DNA of 57,088 bases from Chiloscyllium plagiosum (taxonomy: Eukaryota): contig NC_057727.1 in assembly GCF_004010195.1 (NCBI RefSeq), forward strand, positions 28,570,684-28,627,771, in the 5' to 3' direction. Below, piece by piece: positions 39,812 to 51,329 of the stretch. The notes under the pieces were generated by a model. That model had not been told where the DNA came from, made no database searches, and was given only the letters and a program-made list of their open reading frames with translations. The translations under genes were made by a program, and so were the position numbers. Position 1 is the first letter of the stretch. Each line of letters opens with the position of its first letter.

Positions 39812-41720
39812 TAAGATTTTGGAGAAGATTTGTAGCTCAGGTTGTGAGTCAGTTTGTCAGTTTGCTGCTGAGCTGATGGGTTTGTTCTCAGACATTTCAT
39901 CAGCATGCTAGGTAACATCATCAGTGAGTCTCCAGTGAAGCGTTGGTGTTTTGTCCTGCTTGCTATTTATGTGACTTGGTTTGTTGTGATGGGTGATATC
40001 ATTTCCAATTCTGTTTCTAAGAGGTTGGTAAATGGGGTCCAAATCTATATGTTTGTTAATAGAGTTCTGGTTTGAATGCCAGGCCTCAAGGAATTCCCCA
40101 CATGTCATTGTTTGATCTGGACCAGGATGGATCCCAGTCGACCTGGTGTCCCTCTTCGTCTGCGTGTATGGATACCAGTGATAGTTGGTCATGCTAATTG
40201 GTGGCTAGTTTGTGCTCATGTATCTTGGTGGCTAGTTTTCTGCTGATTGTGCAATGTAATGTTTGCTGCAGTCCTTGCAGGATATTTTGTATATTACATT
40301 CATTCTGCTGGCTGTGGGTATGGGATCATTTAAATTCATCGGTAGTTGTTTTAGTGTGGCAGTAGGTTTGTGGGCTAGCATGATGCCAAAGGGCCAGAGT
40401 AGTCCAGTGATCATCTCTGAAATGTCTTTCATGTATGATAGGGTTGCTAGAGTCTCCTGGCTTGTTGTGTCTTGCTGTTTTGGTCTGTTGTGCAGGGATC
40501 GGTGGTCTGCACTTATCATACTTCCAGAGTGCTGCAGTGTGTTGTGGCTTGTCTAAATAGTGTCCTGATGCAGCTCCGTTTGTGGGTGTTGGGATATTTG
40601 CTTCTATAGTTGAGCATCTAGTCTCTGTGCGTGTGTCTTTTCTGTAAATGCTCATCAGCAGTTATTCATTGGCTTTTCGTTCTACCATGACGTTCAAGAA
40701 GTGGAGTTGGCTATTATTCTCTTCTTCTTTGGTGAACTTTAGACTGATAAGGATGTTGTTTATGTGTTTGTGGGTTTCTTCTAGTTTGTTGCATTTCATG
40801 ATGACAAAGGTGTCATCCACATAGTGGATCAAAGCTTGGGTTCGATCATGGGAAGGGGTGTATATTCTAACCTCTGTATAACTGCTTCTACTATAAGTCG
40901 TGATATTGGTAATCCCACAGGCAATCCATTGATTTCTTTGGATATCTATTGTTGAAGGTGAAGTGGGTTGTGAGGCATAGGTTCAGTAGTTTAAGGGTGC
41001 TGTCCTTGCTATGGAGTTGGTGCTGTCAGGCATTTGTATTGCTGGTTTGTCTGGCAGTGAGGCAAGTGTTTTTTTGGCAAGGGTGATGTTTATTGATTTG
41101 AAGGAGACCATAACCTCGCCGTCCTCTATCTTGGTGTCTTTGATGGTGTTAAGGAATTCTTGGGTGGAGTGGATGAAGTGAGTTGAGTCTTCTGCCAGGT
41201 GTTTTAGATTTTTTGCAGTTAGTTTTGAGTCCATTCAAAACATTAATTTTATCTGTTATAATGTGCTACTTTTACTTTTTTATTAATTTAATTTACATTC
41301 AGAGACAGACATCAAACCGGCAGGTAACTAGCCATCAGGATCTATGAGTACAAACTAGCCACCAAAAGGCATGATCATCTATCACTTGTATCCACATACA
41401 CGGACAAAGAAGGACATCACTGACTGGGACAATGCATCCATCCTGGGACAGGCCAAACAAAGATGCGCGGGAATTCCTAGAGGCCTGGCATTCAAATTGG
41501 AACTGCATTAACAAACATATATATTTGGACCCCATTTACTAACCTCTCAGAAACAGAACTGGAAATGATATCACCCAACACAACAAATCAAGACACATAA
41601 ATAGCAAATGGACACAACACCAATGCTTCACCGGAGGCTCACTGATGATGTTACCTAGCACGGTGACGAAATGCCTGAGAAGAAACCCAACCAGCTCAGT
41701 GAGCAAACTGATAATCTGAA
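39812..41720. mobile_element. Older Penelope-like element: minus-strand RT/GIY-YIG (41235-39812) with inverted 3' segment (41303-41720)
   Basis: STQEFLNTIKD.KIE..EVMVSF, YVDDTF-like segment and NVIYKISCKDCSKHYI; CTGATGA...GAAA motifs at both ends. Confidence 0.85.
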
Positions 41721-42004
41721 CTTTTGGTTTAATTAAGTTCACTAATTTTAGCTGAATATCTGTTATAATGTATAATAAAAACAGAAAGTACAAGATAAAT
41801 TAGGCAAGTTTGTTGCAAATGTGGATAGAGAAACAGTTATTTTTGAGTCCCTTCAAAACATTTATTTCTTCTGTAACAATATGTTGCTTTTATTTCTTTT
41901 TTTTACATTCAGAAACTAAATTAACATTTTATATTTGATATTTATTCTGAGCCCACTGTATCTTTCATCTAAGTATTATCTGTATGACAGCCACAAGGGA
42001 GTGT

Positions 42005-42395
42005 TACATAGAACATAGAAGAATACAGCGCAGTACAGGCCCTTCGGCCCTCGATGTTGCGCCGATCCAAGCCCACCTAACCTACACTAGCCCAGTATCC
42101 TCCATATGCATATCCAATGCCCGCTTAAATGCCCATAATGAGGGAGAGTCCACCACTGCTACTGGCAGGGCATTCCATGAACTCACGACACGCTGAGTAA
42201 AGAACCTACCCCTAACATCTGTCCTATACCTACCCCCCCCCCTTAATTTAAAGCTATGTTCCTATAGTATGGCGACCAAAACTGCACACAATACTCCAGA
42301 TGCGGCCGCACCAGAGTCTGATATAACTGCAACATGACCTCAGTGCTCCGGAACTCAATTCCTCTACCAATAAAAGCCAGTACGCCATATGCTTA
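42005..42395 (-). mobile_element. CR1 3' end (same young family as 5990-9006) with internal deletion
   Basis: 42005-42255 is nearly the reverse complement of 8760-9006. Confidence 0.9.
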
Positions 42396-42624
42396 CACTC
42401 CTAGGCTCCCATTGAAATAGTGCCACTTATTGTATTTTGAATTCTTCTTTGAAATTCATATACATATAACTGTGTTACTAAACATGTCAACACAAACAAA
42501 AACAGTATTTATTTCTATTTAAAATAAACTTCATATTCAATATCAAACAAGTGAAGAGGGGACTCAGTAGCGCACACACTTCCTTCAAGTTGTGTTAACT
42601 CAACCTATTACCATAACGTGGCAC

Positions 42625-42956
42625 TGGGCGGCACGGTGGCACAGTGGTTAGCACTGCTGCCTCACAGCGCCAGAGACCTGGGTTCAATTCCTGACTCAGG
42701 CGACTGACTGTGTGGAGTTTGCACGTTCTCCCCGTGTCTGCGTGGGTTTCCTCCGGGTGCTCCGGTTTCCTCCCACAGTCCAAAGATGTGCAGGTCAGGT
42801 GAATTGGCTATGCTAAATTGCCCGTAGTGTTAGGTAAGGGGTAAATGTAAGGGTATGGGTGGATTGCGCTTCGGCGGGTCGGTGTGGACTTGTTGGGCCG
42901 AAGGGCCTGTTTCCACACTGTAAGTAATCTAACCTAAGTAATCTAATCTAATCTAA
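42625..42956 (+). mobile_element. Full-length HE1-like SINE
   Basis: A box TGGCACAGTGG, B box GGTTCAATTCC, V-domain-like TGTGGAGTTTGCAC...GGGTTTCCTCCGGGTGCTCCGG, CR1-like tail and (AATCT)n. Confidence 0.9.
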
Positions 42957-43236
42957 ACGTAACTTTTCCTTGAGGCTTTTCTGTACCTTGATGATGCTTT
43001 GTAATGACAAAGCTAATAAAATAAATATTTTAATTAAGAACTTCCTTCTCACTGATCAAGCTTTACACCAAATCACACTCACCAACTTGCGATGAAAACT
43101 CTGTTTAAATCTGTATGGCTATATGATGTTTTACGACATCAGCTGAGACAATCTATGATATTCTGAATCAACAGTGCACAACACTTGTGAATGTTTCCTA
43201 TCTCTCAATGTTAGTGGATTCTTTAAAATATTCAGG

Positions 43237-43626
43237 TGAGATGTTAAAGGATTATTTTTTTCTGCTGCCATGTAAAGAAATTGAATGTCCTTGGGGATGT
43301 GTTTTTCTGTCTTGCAGGCAGGATGTGACAATCTAATCACACTGTTTTAAGGAATAACCTAATCACTTTACATTGCTTTTGAGTGGCATGTGACTATGGG
43401 GGAGTGGCAGGGGGTTGTGTCTTGCATGCATGACTGACTGTGATGGAAAATCCTGTATAAAGGGAGATGGTTCCTTTGTTCAGGGAGCCTCACTTGACAC
43501 ACTCCGCAAGCATCACGAAGAGTGTTAAGTGATCCTCCAAAAGCTGAAATTAATTGTGGCTGTTTGCAGAGGTTGGTGTTTTGCAGTTGCATTAAGTGTT
43601 TAAAATCTCAAAAAGGCAATCTAACA
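43237..43626 (+). repeat. ERV 5' LTR
   Basis: TG...CA termini (TGAGATGTTAAAGG...AATCTAACA); TATAAA at about 43456; aligns to 47232-47671. Confidence 0.88.
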
Positions 43627-43628
43627 TT

Positions 43629-43646
43629 TGGCGATAAGTGTTGGAT
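43629..43646 (+). other. Primer binding site (tRNA-Ser-like, degenerate)
   Basis: TGGCGATAAGTGTTGGAT 2 nt after the LTR; resembles the complement of a tRNA-Ser(GCT) 3' end as recalled (TGGCGACGAGGATGGGAT). Confidence 0.7.
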
Positions 43647-44127
43647 TCCAACATATATGGAGCATCTAGGCGGACTGAGTAAATGATCGCCTGCGGGACA
43701 TAACGTGAGACAGATGGGCCCACTCGGTAAGATTTACCTTGATCTCTCTCACTAACCAATCACTCAGTTGACCATTCTTCTCCAGGACTCTGTAGTGACT
43801 GAATCTCTGAGATAACTTATGCATTTGTATGCCAATGAGTTCGTCCCAGGGAAGTTCAACTCCCCCTGAAGTTTGGAGGTGAGAGTCCTCAGAACTATAA
43901 ATTACTGGAAAGTGAGGTTCGAGTCCCCCTGGAATTCAGAGGTGGGACTTGAGGCCCTGGAACACTGTACATTGATAAAGGATAACTACTGTGTCTGTCT
44001 CAATCACCCTCCGTCGACCGGCTGTTAAGAGGGAAAATCCCTCACGCGAAGGTCAGGACCAGGAAGTGGGTATAGAGGACACTGAACTAGTACATAGAGA
44101 TAAGTTAGGAAGTTGAGACATTAAAAA

Positions 44128-44367
44128 ATGGGACAGACGTTGGATAAGTCAGGTGTCTGAACCCCTCTGCATTGGTTATGCCGGGAAGACCCCCAAAATG
44201 AGGAACGATCCAGGCACCTGTCAGGATGCTCAAATAAAAAAATTGGGAAATGAAATTTGGCTGATGGGAGGGACTTGGGACATAGAAAAATGTTTAAAAG
44301 CAGAGGAGGCAATTTGGAAATGTAATACGGGGACTAATTGGAAAACTTCAATATCCATATGGAGAAA
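44128..44367 (+). pseudogene. ERV gag matrix remnant
   Basis: MGQTLDK myristoylation-type start; W..GGTWD motif like gammaretroviral MA WPxxGTF; contains a stop and a frameshift. Confidence 0.7.
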
Positions 44368-45447
44368 GTTAAAAATCACACAACACCAGGTTATAGTCCA
44401 ACAGGTTTAATTGGAAGCACACTAGCTTTTGGAGCGACGCTCCTTCATCAGGTGATTGTGGAGGGCTCGATCGTAACACAGAATTTATAGCAAAAATTTG
44501 CACTGTGATGTAACTGAAATTATACATTGAAAAATTGATTGTCTGTTAAGCCTTTCATCTGTTAGAATACAGTGATATTTTCACTTCTTTCATGTGTAAA
44601 TCACAAAACCCTTTTTTTAAAAGTTGCATTCTCGGGTTAGCTGTTAACAATGGTGATAGCTAGACAATATGTTGAAGGTGTTAGCCCCCTGTGTTCTCTG
44701 ACTATGACCTGATGTTTAGATTGATTCTAATCTAAAAAGTGAGATTACAGAGTTTTACATAAATTCATGCAGTTTTTGAGCTCAGAGTTCTACCTGAATG
44801 TATGCAGCTTTTGAGCAAAGTGCAATGTAACTCTGCAAGTACAAATTCACCACACAAAATATATGTGTGCATGTGGGTCTTTGTCTGTCTGTGTGTGTGT
44901 GTGTCTGTCTGGGGTGGGGGTTGTGAGTGTGAGAAAGTGAGTGTGAGAAAGTGTGTGTGTGTGTGTGTGTAGTGAGTGCAAAGTGTCTTAAGTCTGTGAG
45001 GGGGTGCATGTGTGAGTGTGGGAGTGTGTGTGTCTTTCAGGGTGTGTGTCGGTAGCTAAGTTCGATACCCATAGGGAGGGCCTCAACCGGGACTTTGGGT
45101 TCATGTCACATTACAGGTGATCACCATTGCACTACACACACACACACAGATATTCCTACACACACATACTCTCACATACACACGGACACAGGTAGATACA
45201 GACGTGCACACGGACACCCACACACACCCTAATAGACACACACACTCCCACACTGACACATGCACCCCCTCACAGACTTAAGACACTCTGCACTCACACA
45301 CACACATGCACACACGCACACACACTTTCTCACACTCACAAACCCCACCCCAGACAGACACACACACACACAGACAGACAAAGACCCACATGCACACATA
45401 TATTTTGTGTGGTGAATTTGTACTTGCAGAGTTACATTGGACTTTGC
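44368..45447. mobile_element. PLE-derived inverted element inserted in ERV gag; (TG)n and (CA)n arms
   Basis: Same family as 28069-30507; about 44815-45050 is the reverse complement of about 45225-45447. Confidence 0.82.
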
Positions 45448-45694
45448 ACACTTTCCTCGTGTGTGATCATGAGGGAAACCCTAAGTCTTGGGAGGTGCTG
45501 AAGAGTCAGTGTGAGGATTATGATATTGTAGAGAAAAACAGGAAAAATTGAGAAAGGAAAGGCAAAATAAGGAATGAGGGTTGAAATGCCAAGCCAGACT
45601 ATCAAGTGGGAATAAAATAGAGGTACCTCCTGGCATGTCTGGTCTGCCAATAATGTTTCAAAATCATGACACCAATGACCAGCTATGGTCACAA

Positions 45695-46150
45695 TGCAGA
45701 TTGCTGACCTCCTCAGGGGCATCTATTCAGAACTCACTATATGTCTGAAATCTCCTCAAAGCTATCCTCCTCCCTCAGCAATTGGCCATAATCAAGTGTG
45801 CTGCCCATGTAATAGTTAATACAGACATCAGCAATGGCAATGCTAGAGCTGATCGAGCTGCCAAAGACATGGCAACAGCCTGCAATTCTTTGTGCCCTCT
45901 GTGAACCGCAAGTGCTAAATCGATTACCTGCCTCAAAAACAATGGGCATACCAGACATCGTCACAGTGCAGCGTTTCCGGGGGGACATCCCTGACCCAGA
46001 AAAACAAATATGGAAGGTGCATGAGTTTTCACACTCTGCACCAAAACGGATCTAGATCACTCCAGTTCGCCAAGTGTGTATACCTGATTCTTTGTCACCA
46101 ATGCTTATTGACTATGTTCATACTGATACCCACCTTGGCAAGGAGGGAAA
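45695..46150 (+). pseudogene. ERV pol remnant (RNase H C-terminus and integrase N-terminus)
   Basis: LLTSSGASIQN...LLKAILLPQQLAIIKCAAH...GNARADRAAK, then VCIPDSLSPMLIDYVHTDTHLGKEG. Confidence 0.85.
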
Positions 46151-46473
46151 GAGGGAGGAAATGTAAAGATGCTTTCAGCAGCTAACATAATCTCTAAAGT
46201 TTCTCCATTCACAGGTAAGGGATGCCTTCGGACTACCGCCCGCCCCTTCACAACCTGATCCAAGTCCCACTTGACTTACCCATCCCCCTGGAAATGTTAC
46301 TCATTGCGCACTCAGCGGCATAGTCACTTTCCTGGGAACCTTGCTCAGTGTTTCTGGTGGACAATTGACCCCAGAATGTCTTGCACTCATTCTGGCAATC
46401 CCTCCTGCTCTCCCAGCACCAGCACTGTCTGCTGGACTAGGGGGTCACAATGGATTCAATCAGCTCCCTACTC

Positions 46474-46930
46474 ATGAGCACGAAAAGTGATGAAGCTAAC
46501 AACAGTGAAGAAGAGGTCTGTAGGCTTTTTGTCAGTGGCTTTCCTATGGATATTAAACCACGTGAACTTCACTTTCTCTTTCGACCAGTTAAGGGTTATG
46601 AAGGTTCACTGATCAAGCTAACATCAAAACAACCAGTTGGCTTTGTTACATTTGACAGCAGAGCAGGAGCAGAAGCAGCAAAGAATGCATTGAATGGCAT
46701 TCAGTGTGATCCCGAAAATCCTCAGATGCTCCGGTTGGACTTTGCAAAAGTGAACACAAAGATGGCCAAAACTGATGGCTCCACCTTACCCCACAAATAT
46801 ACACCCTGCCTTGGGAGCACATTTCATTGCATGGGATCCTTACAACCTTGCAGGAACAGTACTGATCCCTGCATCTCTGGAGGCCTGGACTCCCTATCCA
46901 CTATACACAACAGAACTGACCCCTGCCATA
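46474..46930 (+). pseudogene. RBPMS2: Intronless RBPMS2 (Hermes) retrocopy; RRM open, frameshift near 46770, 3'-truncated
   Basis: [64 protein letters not shown], then in the shifted frame [15 protein letters not shown]...[16 protein letters not shown] (RBPMS2-type); spans several parental exons without introns. Confidence 0.93.
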
Positions 46931-47219
46931 TTGGATTTTGTTTTCAGGTTGGGCTTTACTAAAGGAGATTTTAGATAACTGGCTCGATTCCAGTGAACTT
47001 GGAGGGGGTGGAGTGGTCACTAAGGACTGTGGATTTAAGAACTTTACTGGTGAACACTTTTTTTTCCACTTGGGAAGACCCTGGGGATCTAGTAATTCTT
47101 GTTGTTATAGTCATTGTATGTGTGTGTCAATAACTTGCTGAAATTCTGGCTGTCAGATTCTTATGAATAAGCTGGTAGCGCCTTTTTCAGCCCCATTTAG
47201 TTAGTTATCATGGAATCAT

Positions 47220-47231
47220 AAATGGAGGGAA
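47220..47231 (+). other. Polypurine tract
   Basis: AAATGGAGGGAA immediately before the 3' LTR. Confidence 0.7.
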
Positions 47232-47671
47232 TTAGATGTTTAAAGGTTAATTTGTTCTTCTGACATGTAAGAAAATTGGATGCCCTGAGTGGTGTGTTTT
47301 GTCTTGCATGGGCAGGATGTGACAATCTAATCATACTCTATAAATGCTGTAGTTTAAGGAATAACCTAATCACATATTGTTCTAAGGAATAACCTAATCA
47401 CTTTACATTGTTTTTGGGTGGCATGCGACCAGGGGGAGTGGCTGGGAGTTGTGTTTTGCGTGCATGACTGACTGTGATGGAAAACCTTGTATAAAGGGAG
47501 GATGGTTCCCTTGTTCAGGGGGCCTTGCTTGACATGCTCCGCAAGCATTGCAAAGAGTGTTAAATGATCCTCCAAAAATTGTACTTGCTGAAACAAATCA
47601 TGGTTGTTCACAGAAGTTGGCGTATTGCAGTTGCATCAAGTGTGTAAGAATCTCAAGAAGGCAACCTAACA
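47232..47671 (+). repeat. ERV 3' LTR
   Basis: Aligns to the 5' LTR (roughly 85-90% in the core, by eye); extra copy of TAAGGAATAACCTAATCAC; ends AACCTAACA. Confidence 0.88.
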
Positions 47672-47809
47672 CAGAATCGAAATCTATATTGTTGCCAAAA
47701 AGCTAATCAGTACTTCCTTTGCCGATACCATATCTGTATTTCAAGTTTTACTGAAATCCATCCATTTCTTTTTGACTAATGCTTTCTCCAGTGATAGTCT
47801 CCAGACAGG

Positions 47810-49025
47810 CATTTACTATAAACCCACAAACTCCCAAAGCTACCTGGACTACACCTCCTCCCACCCAGTATTCTGCAAGGTCCTGTTTTCCCATTTCCTC
47901 TGCCATATCTGCTCAGATGAGAAGACATTCCATTCCCAAGCATCCTAGATGCCCACCTCTTTTGAACAACATGCTGATCCCCCCTCTGTCATCCAGACAG
48001 CCCTCCACTGCACCTCCTCCATTCCCTGCTCTACTGCTCTTAAACTGCCCCCTCCCCGCCAAACACAATAAAGACAGGGTTCCTGTTGTCCTCACCTAAC
48101 ACCCCACCAATCTCTGCATCCAACGTATCATTCTTACACATTTCCATCAACTCCAATTCGACCTCACCACCAAGAACATCTTCCCCTCCCCACCCCTCTC
48201 TGCCTTCTGCAAGGTCTGTTCCCTTCTCCAATCCTTGGTTCGTGGATCTCTCCTCATCAATCCCCCTGAATCTCCAGGTATCTTCCTCATAACCGTAAAA
48301 GTTGCAAAACCTGCCAACACACTAACCCCTCACCTCCATCTAGGGCACCAAACAGTCCTTTCAGGTGAGACAGAAGTTCATCTGCCTCTCCTCCAACTTA
48401 GTTTACTGTATCTGGTGCCCCCAATATGTTCTTCTCTACATCGGTGAGAGCAAACATAAACTCAGGACATGTTTCACTGAGTATCTCAGCAGGGCCCGCA
48501 GGAGTTGACCTGACTTCCCAGTCATGGCCCATTTTAATTTCCCTTCCCACTTCCTTTCCAACATGACCAACCTTGGTTTCCCCTATTGTCACAGTGAATC
48601 AGATCGCAAATTGGAGGAACAACACCTCATCTTCCACCTGGGCAGTCTACAGCCTGGAGGACTCAATTTCAAATGACCTCCCTTCAGATCCCCTGACTCC
48701 CTTTCCAGCCCCTCCCCCACCCTTCCATTCCTCTGATTGATCCCTCCAGCTACCAACTGGATTCATTCCTCCCATTGACCAACCAGATGGTACCCTCTAC
48801 TTGTGTTCACCTTTCCTACCTCACCATCCCACCCCTCTCCCCACCCAAAACCCTCCAATATTCCCCCTTTTGTCTGCAGCTCCCCTTACACCCACTCCCA
48901 TCCCTGAAGACGACTTACACCTGAAACATTGACTTCTCCACTTCCTGATGCTGCCTGGCTTCCTGTGTTTTTTTAGCCACCTGCTGGTCTACCTTCGATT
49001 CCAGCATCTGCAGTTTTTTTGCCTC
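47810..49025 (+). mobile_element. Degraded Penelope-like element (RT C-terminus, GIY-YIG, pseudo-LTR)
   Basis: YYKPT.S.SYLDY-like, RVP.VLT, LYIGE.K and LEEQHLIF.LG segments; decayed CTGAAGA...GAAAC motif. Confidence 0.82.
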
Positions 49026-49414
49026 TAACATTACCTCGCCTACCTTCAGTACAATAACTTTGTCTAATTCTGTATATTTGAGCTAATTCATTAAAATCCT
49101 TTGTTGTAGATATTCACAACCTCTTTGTCACATAGATGCAATAGCTAATGATTTCCCAATGCATTGCTCACAGTATGTTGGTAGGGGAGTATTAGAAGTG
49201 GGGTACTTTAGATAATGGACGACTTCAGGTTTGTGGTGAATATTAATATTTAAGGTCAATTAATGTATATCAATCATTTGGTCTGCTAATGTCAACCTTT
49301 ATTGTAAATCACAGGATACAATGACTCCGTAATGTGTTCTATTTTCTCTATTTCCTCTTCTGTTCTCCTGCTTCATTTATTCACCTGCATAACTCTCTAT
49401 AGTCCTGAGCTTTT

Positions 49415-49545
49415 ACAAAGGGTCAGTTCGACTCGAAACGTCAGCTCTTTTCTCTCCTTATAGATGCTGCCAGACCTGCTGAGATTTTCCAGCATTTTCT
49501 CTTCTGGTTTCAGATTCCAGCATCCGCAGTAATTTGCTTTTATCT
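49415..49545 (+). mobile_element. PLE pseudo-LTR fragment
   Basis: GAAACGTC...AGATGCTGCCAGACCTGCTGAG...CCAGCATCCGCAG. Confidence 0.65.
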
Positions 49546-51329
49546 CTATAATCCTCTGTTCTCTCTTTTTTTGTCTCCTTTCCTGAGTCTTGCTCGATCC
49601 TGTTTTCCCTTTCCCACTCTCTTATTTTGGTCTAAAATGTAGATCTTGTTCAATAGGTAGTATAAGCAATGGTCCAGAGAAATGTAGCCTAAGTTAGATT
49701 TCGAGATGGGGAGCAACAGAGCTCTGAGTTAGAAGTTCCATAATCCCCTCCTCCCTCCCCTAATCCTTATTATCCCTTTGTTCCCTCTCCCTCACTCCCC
49801 ATTTCCACTTCTCTTCATCCACCACTTACAATTTTAATTGTCACTCTTACCCCATCTCTCACTCCTGCATCAGTTTTGTCCCAAAGCCATTTTTTTTTCC
49901 GGAATTGAGTCACAAATTTTTCAAATTGTTTTTTCTTTAGGCATTTAGTCTATCATAAATACATTTTAAAATAAAAAACACTGTTAAAGATATTGTTAGT
50001 CTCACTGCTTAGTGCTGTGCAAATGGTGAAGAGAAACCAGCTCATTGCAGTGCAAATCAAGACTTTGTGTTCAGCCTCTTGAGCATGGGATTTAAAATCA
50101 CTGAAACCCTTTGACTCAGGAAAAAGCGAAACACAGCTGACATTAGACTCTCTCATGTCTGCAGAACATTTTATCTCTTGTAAGTTTGTTATTTAAGATG
50201 ACCAGGCAATCTAAATGGTAGAGGTTAAACTATTCATCATAAAGGGGTAGAAATTATGTATTGCTGATATACAATAAAAACTGGGTATGGGAAAAATGTC
50301 TGTGCCAAAACAAGTAGGCATAAGGCCCAATCAAAATTGCATCTTAAACTACACTTAGACTGTTGACTGTAGACCCAAATGCATAACTCCAGATAGCTTG
50401 GTAGCCAAGCAGACATTATTGTTGAGTTCTTTGTTCTTTTTGTTTATCATTGAGTATATATGGTCCAGATAGCAGCTTCTGATATGCCCGAGAAGACGTG
50501 GAGTGTCACAATGCTTATGGAGTTTATAGAGCATATTCCGCTTTCTTGGTTCTTTTTCTTTGAAGAAATTTTGCCACTTTACATTCATTGGTGTTGCCAC
50601 AGTTGCTGAAGAACATTGAGTGGGACAAGGTTCAATGTCTATTTTTAATGCCTGAAAGAATGGGCATCACAAATTTAGAAGTGAGACCAACAACTGTGCA
50701 GAATGAATGCAAGCAGACTCATTGTTAAATTGGTATGCTGTGCATCTGAAACAAAAAATCCACAAATAATTCCAATATCAACCTGAATATATTCACAGGG
50801 AGATGGAAGAAGTAATGTTTGATAAACTTATACCTAATGTGGAAAATTCTATGTGTGGAGGGGTTTGGACTTGCTTTTATCACTCACAATCATAATTATA
50901 AGAAGCATGGAAAGGTTCAATCAATAAGGTTTTTTATGTGTTATGTGTTATAAGGTTCTTCGCTATTATTTGTGTCTTGAAAATTATTTTGAGTACGCCA
51001 TTATGTGTGCAACTTTCAAGCTTTGAAACACTGACGATTTCTTTCCGATTAGTTAATATACACATTTGGACAGAAAAAAAAATCAAAGGTACGCTGAAAA
51101 AACAAAGTCCTGCCAGTTTTCTGATGTAGGATAATAACGTTTTCTATTTCACTCCTGGAACTATTGACACACTGACAGTCCCAAGTTGCTGCCATTAAAA
51201 GTAGAACGCTTACCTGAAATGCTAGTCTTATTTGATACACGGCTAAAAGCAGATGCATACTCCTTACGCAAATATATCCATTTGAACAAATGGTGACCTG
51301 CTGCAGAGGTGGGGGTAAATGATGGTTCT

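Larger units (their letters stand above)
43237..47671 (+). mobile_element. Defective class-I-like endogenous retrovirus carrying an RBPMS2 cDNA
   Basis: Two homologous LTRs; PBS; PPT; near-TSD CAGG/CAGA; gag-MA, RNase H and integrase remnants in canonical order. Confidence 0.88.

Noticed and set aside
42625-42700. tRNA gene-like A/B boxes here and at other SINE heads
   Set aside because: SINE heads continuous with the SINE body; no full cloverleaf
45130-45400. CAC-rich tract upstream of the RBPMS2 copy as an autoregulatory RBPMS binding site
   Set aside because: It is the microsatellite of a later PLE insertion; coincidental
50022-50185. Strong donor CTT|GTAAGT at 50180 as an alternative CACNA1D first exon (MSAEHFIS)
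   Set aside because: Joining to exon 2 creates T+GA = stop; it would need the weak downstream GAG acceptor
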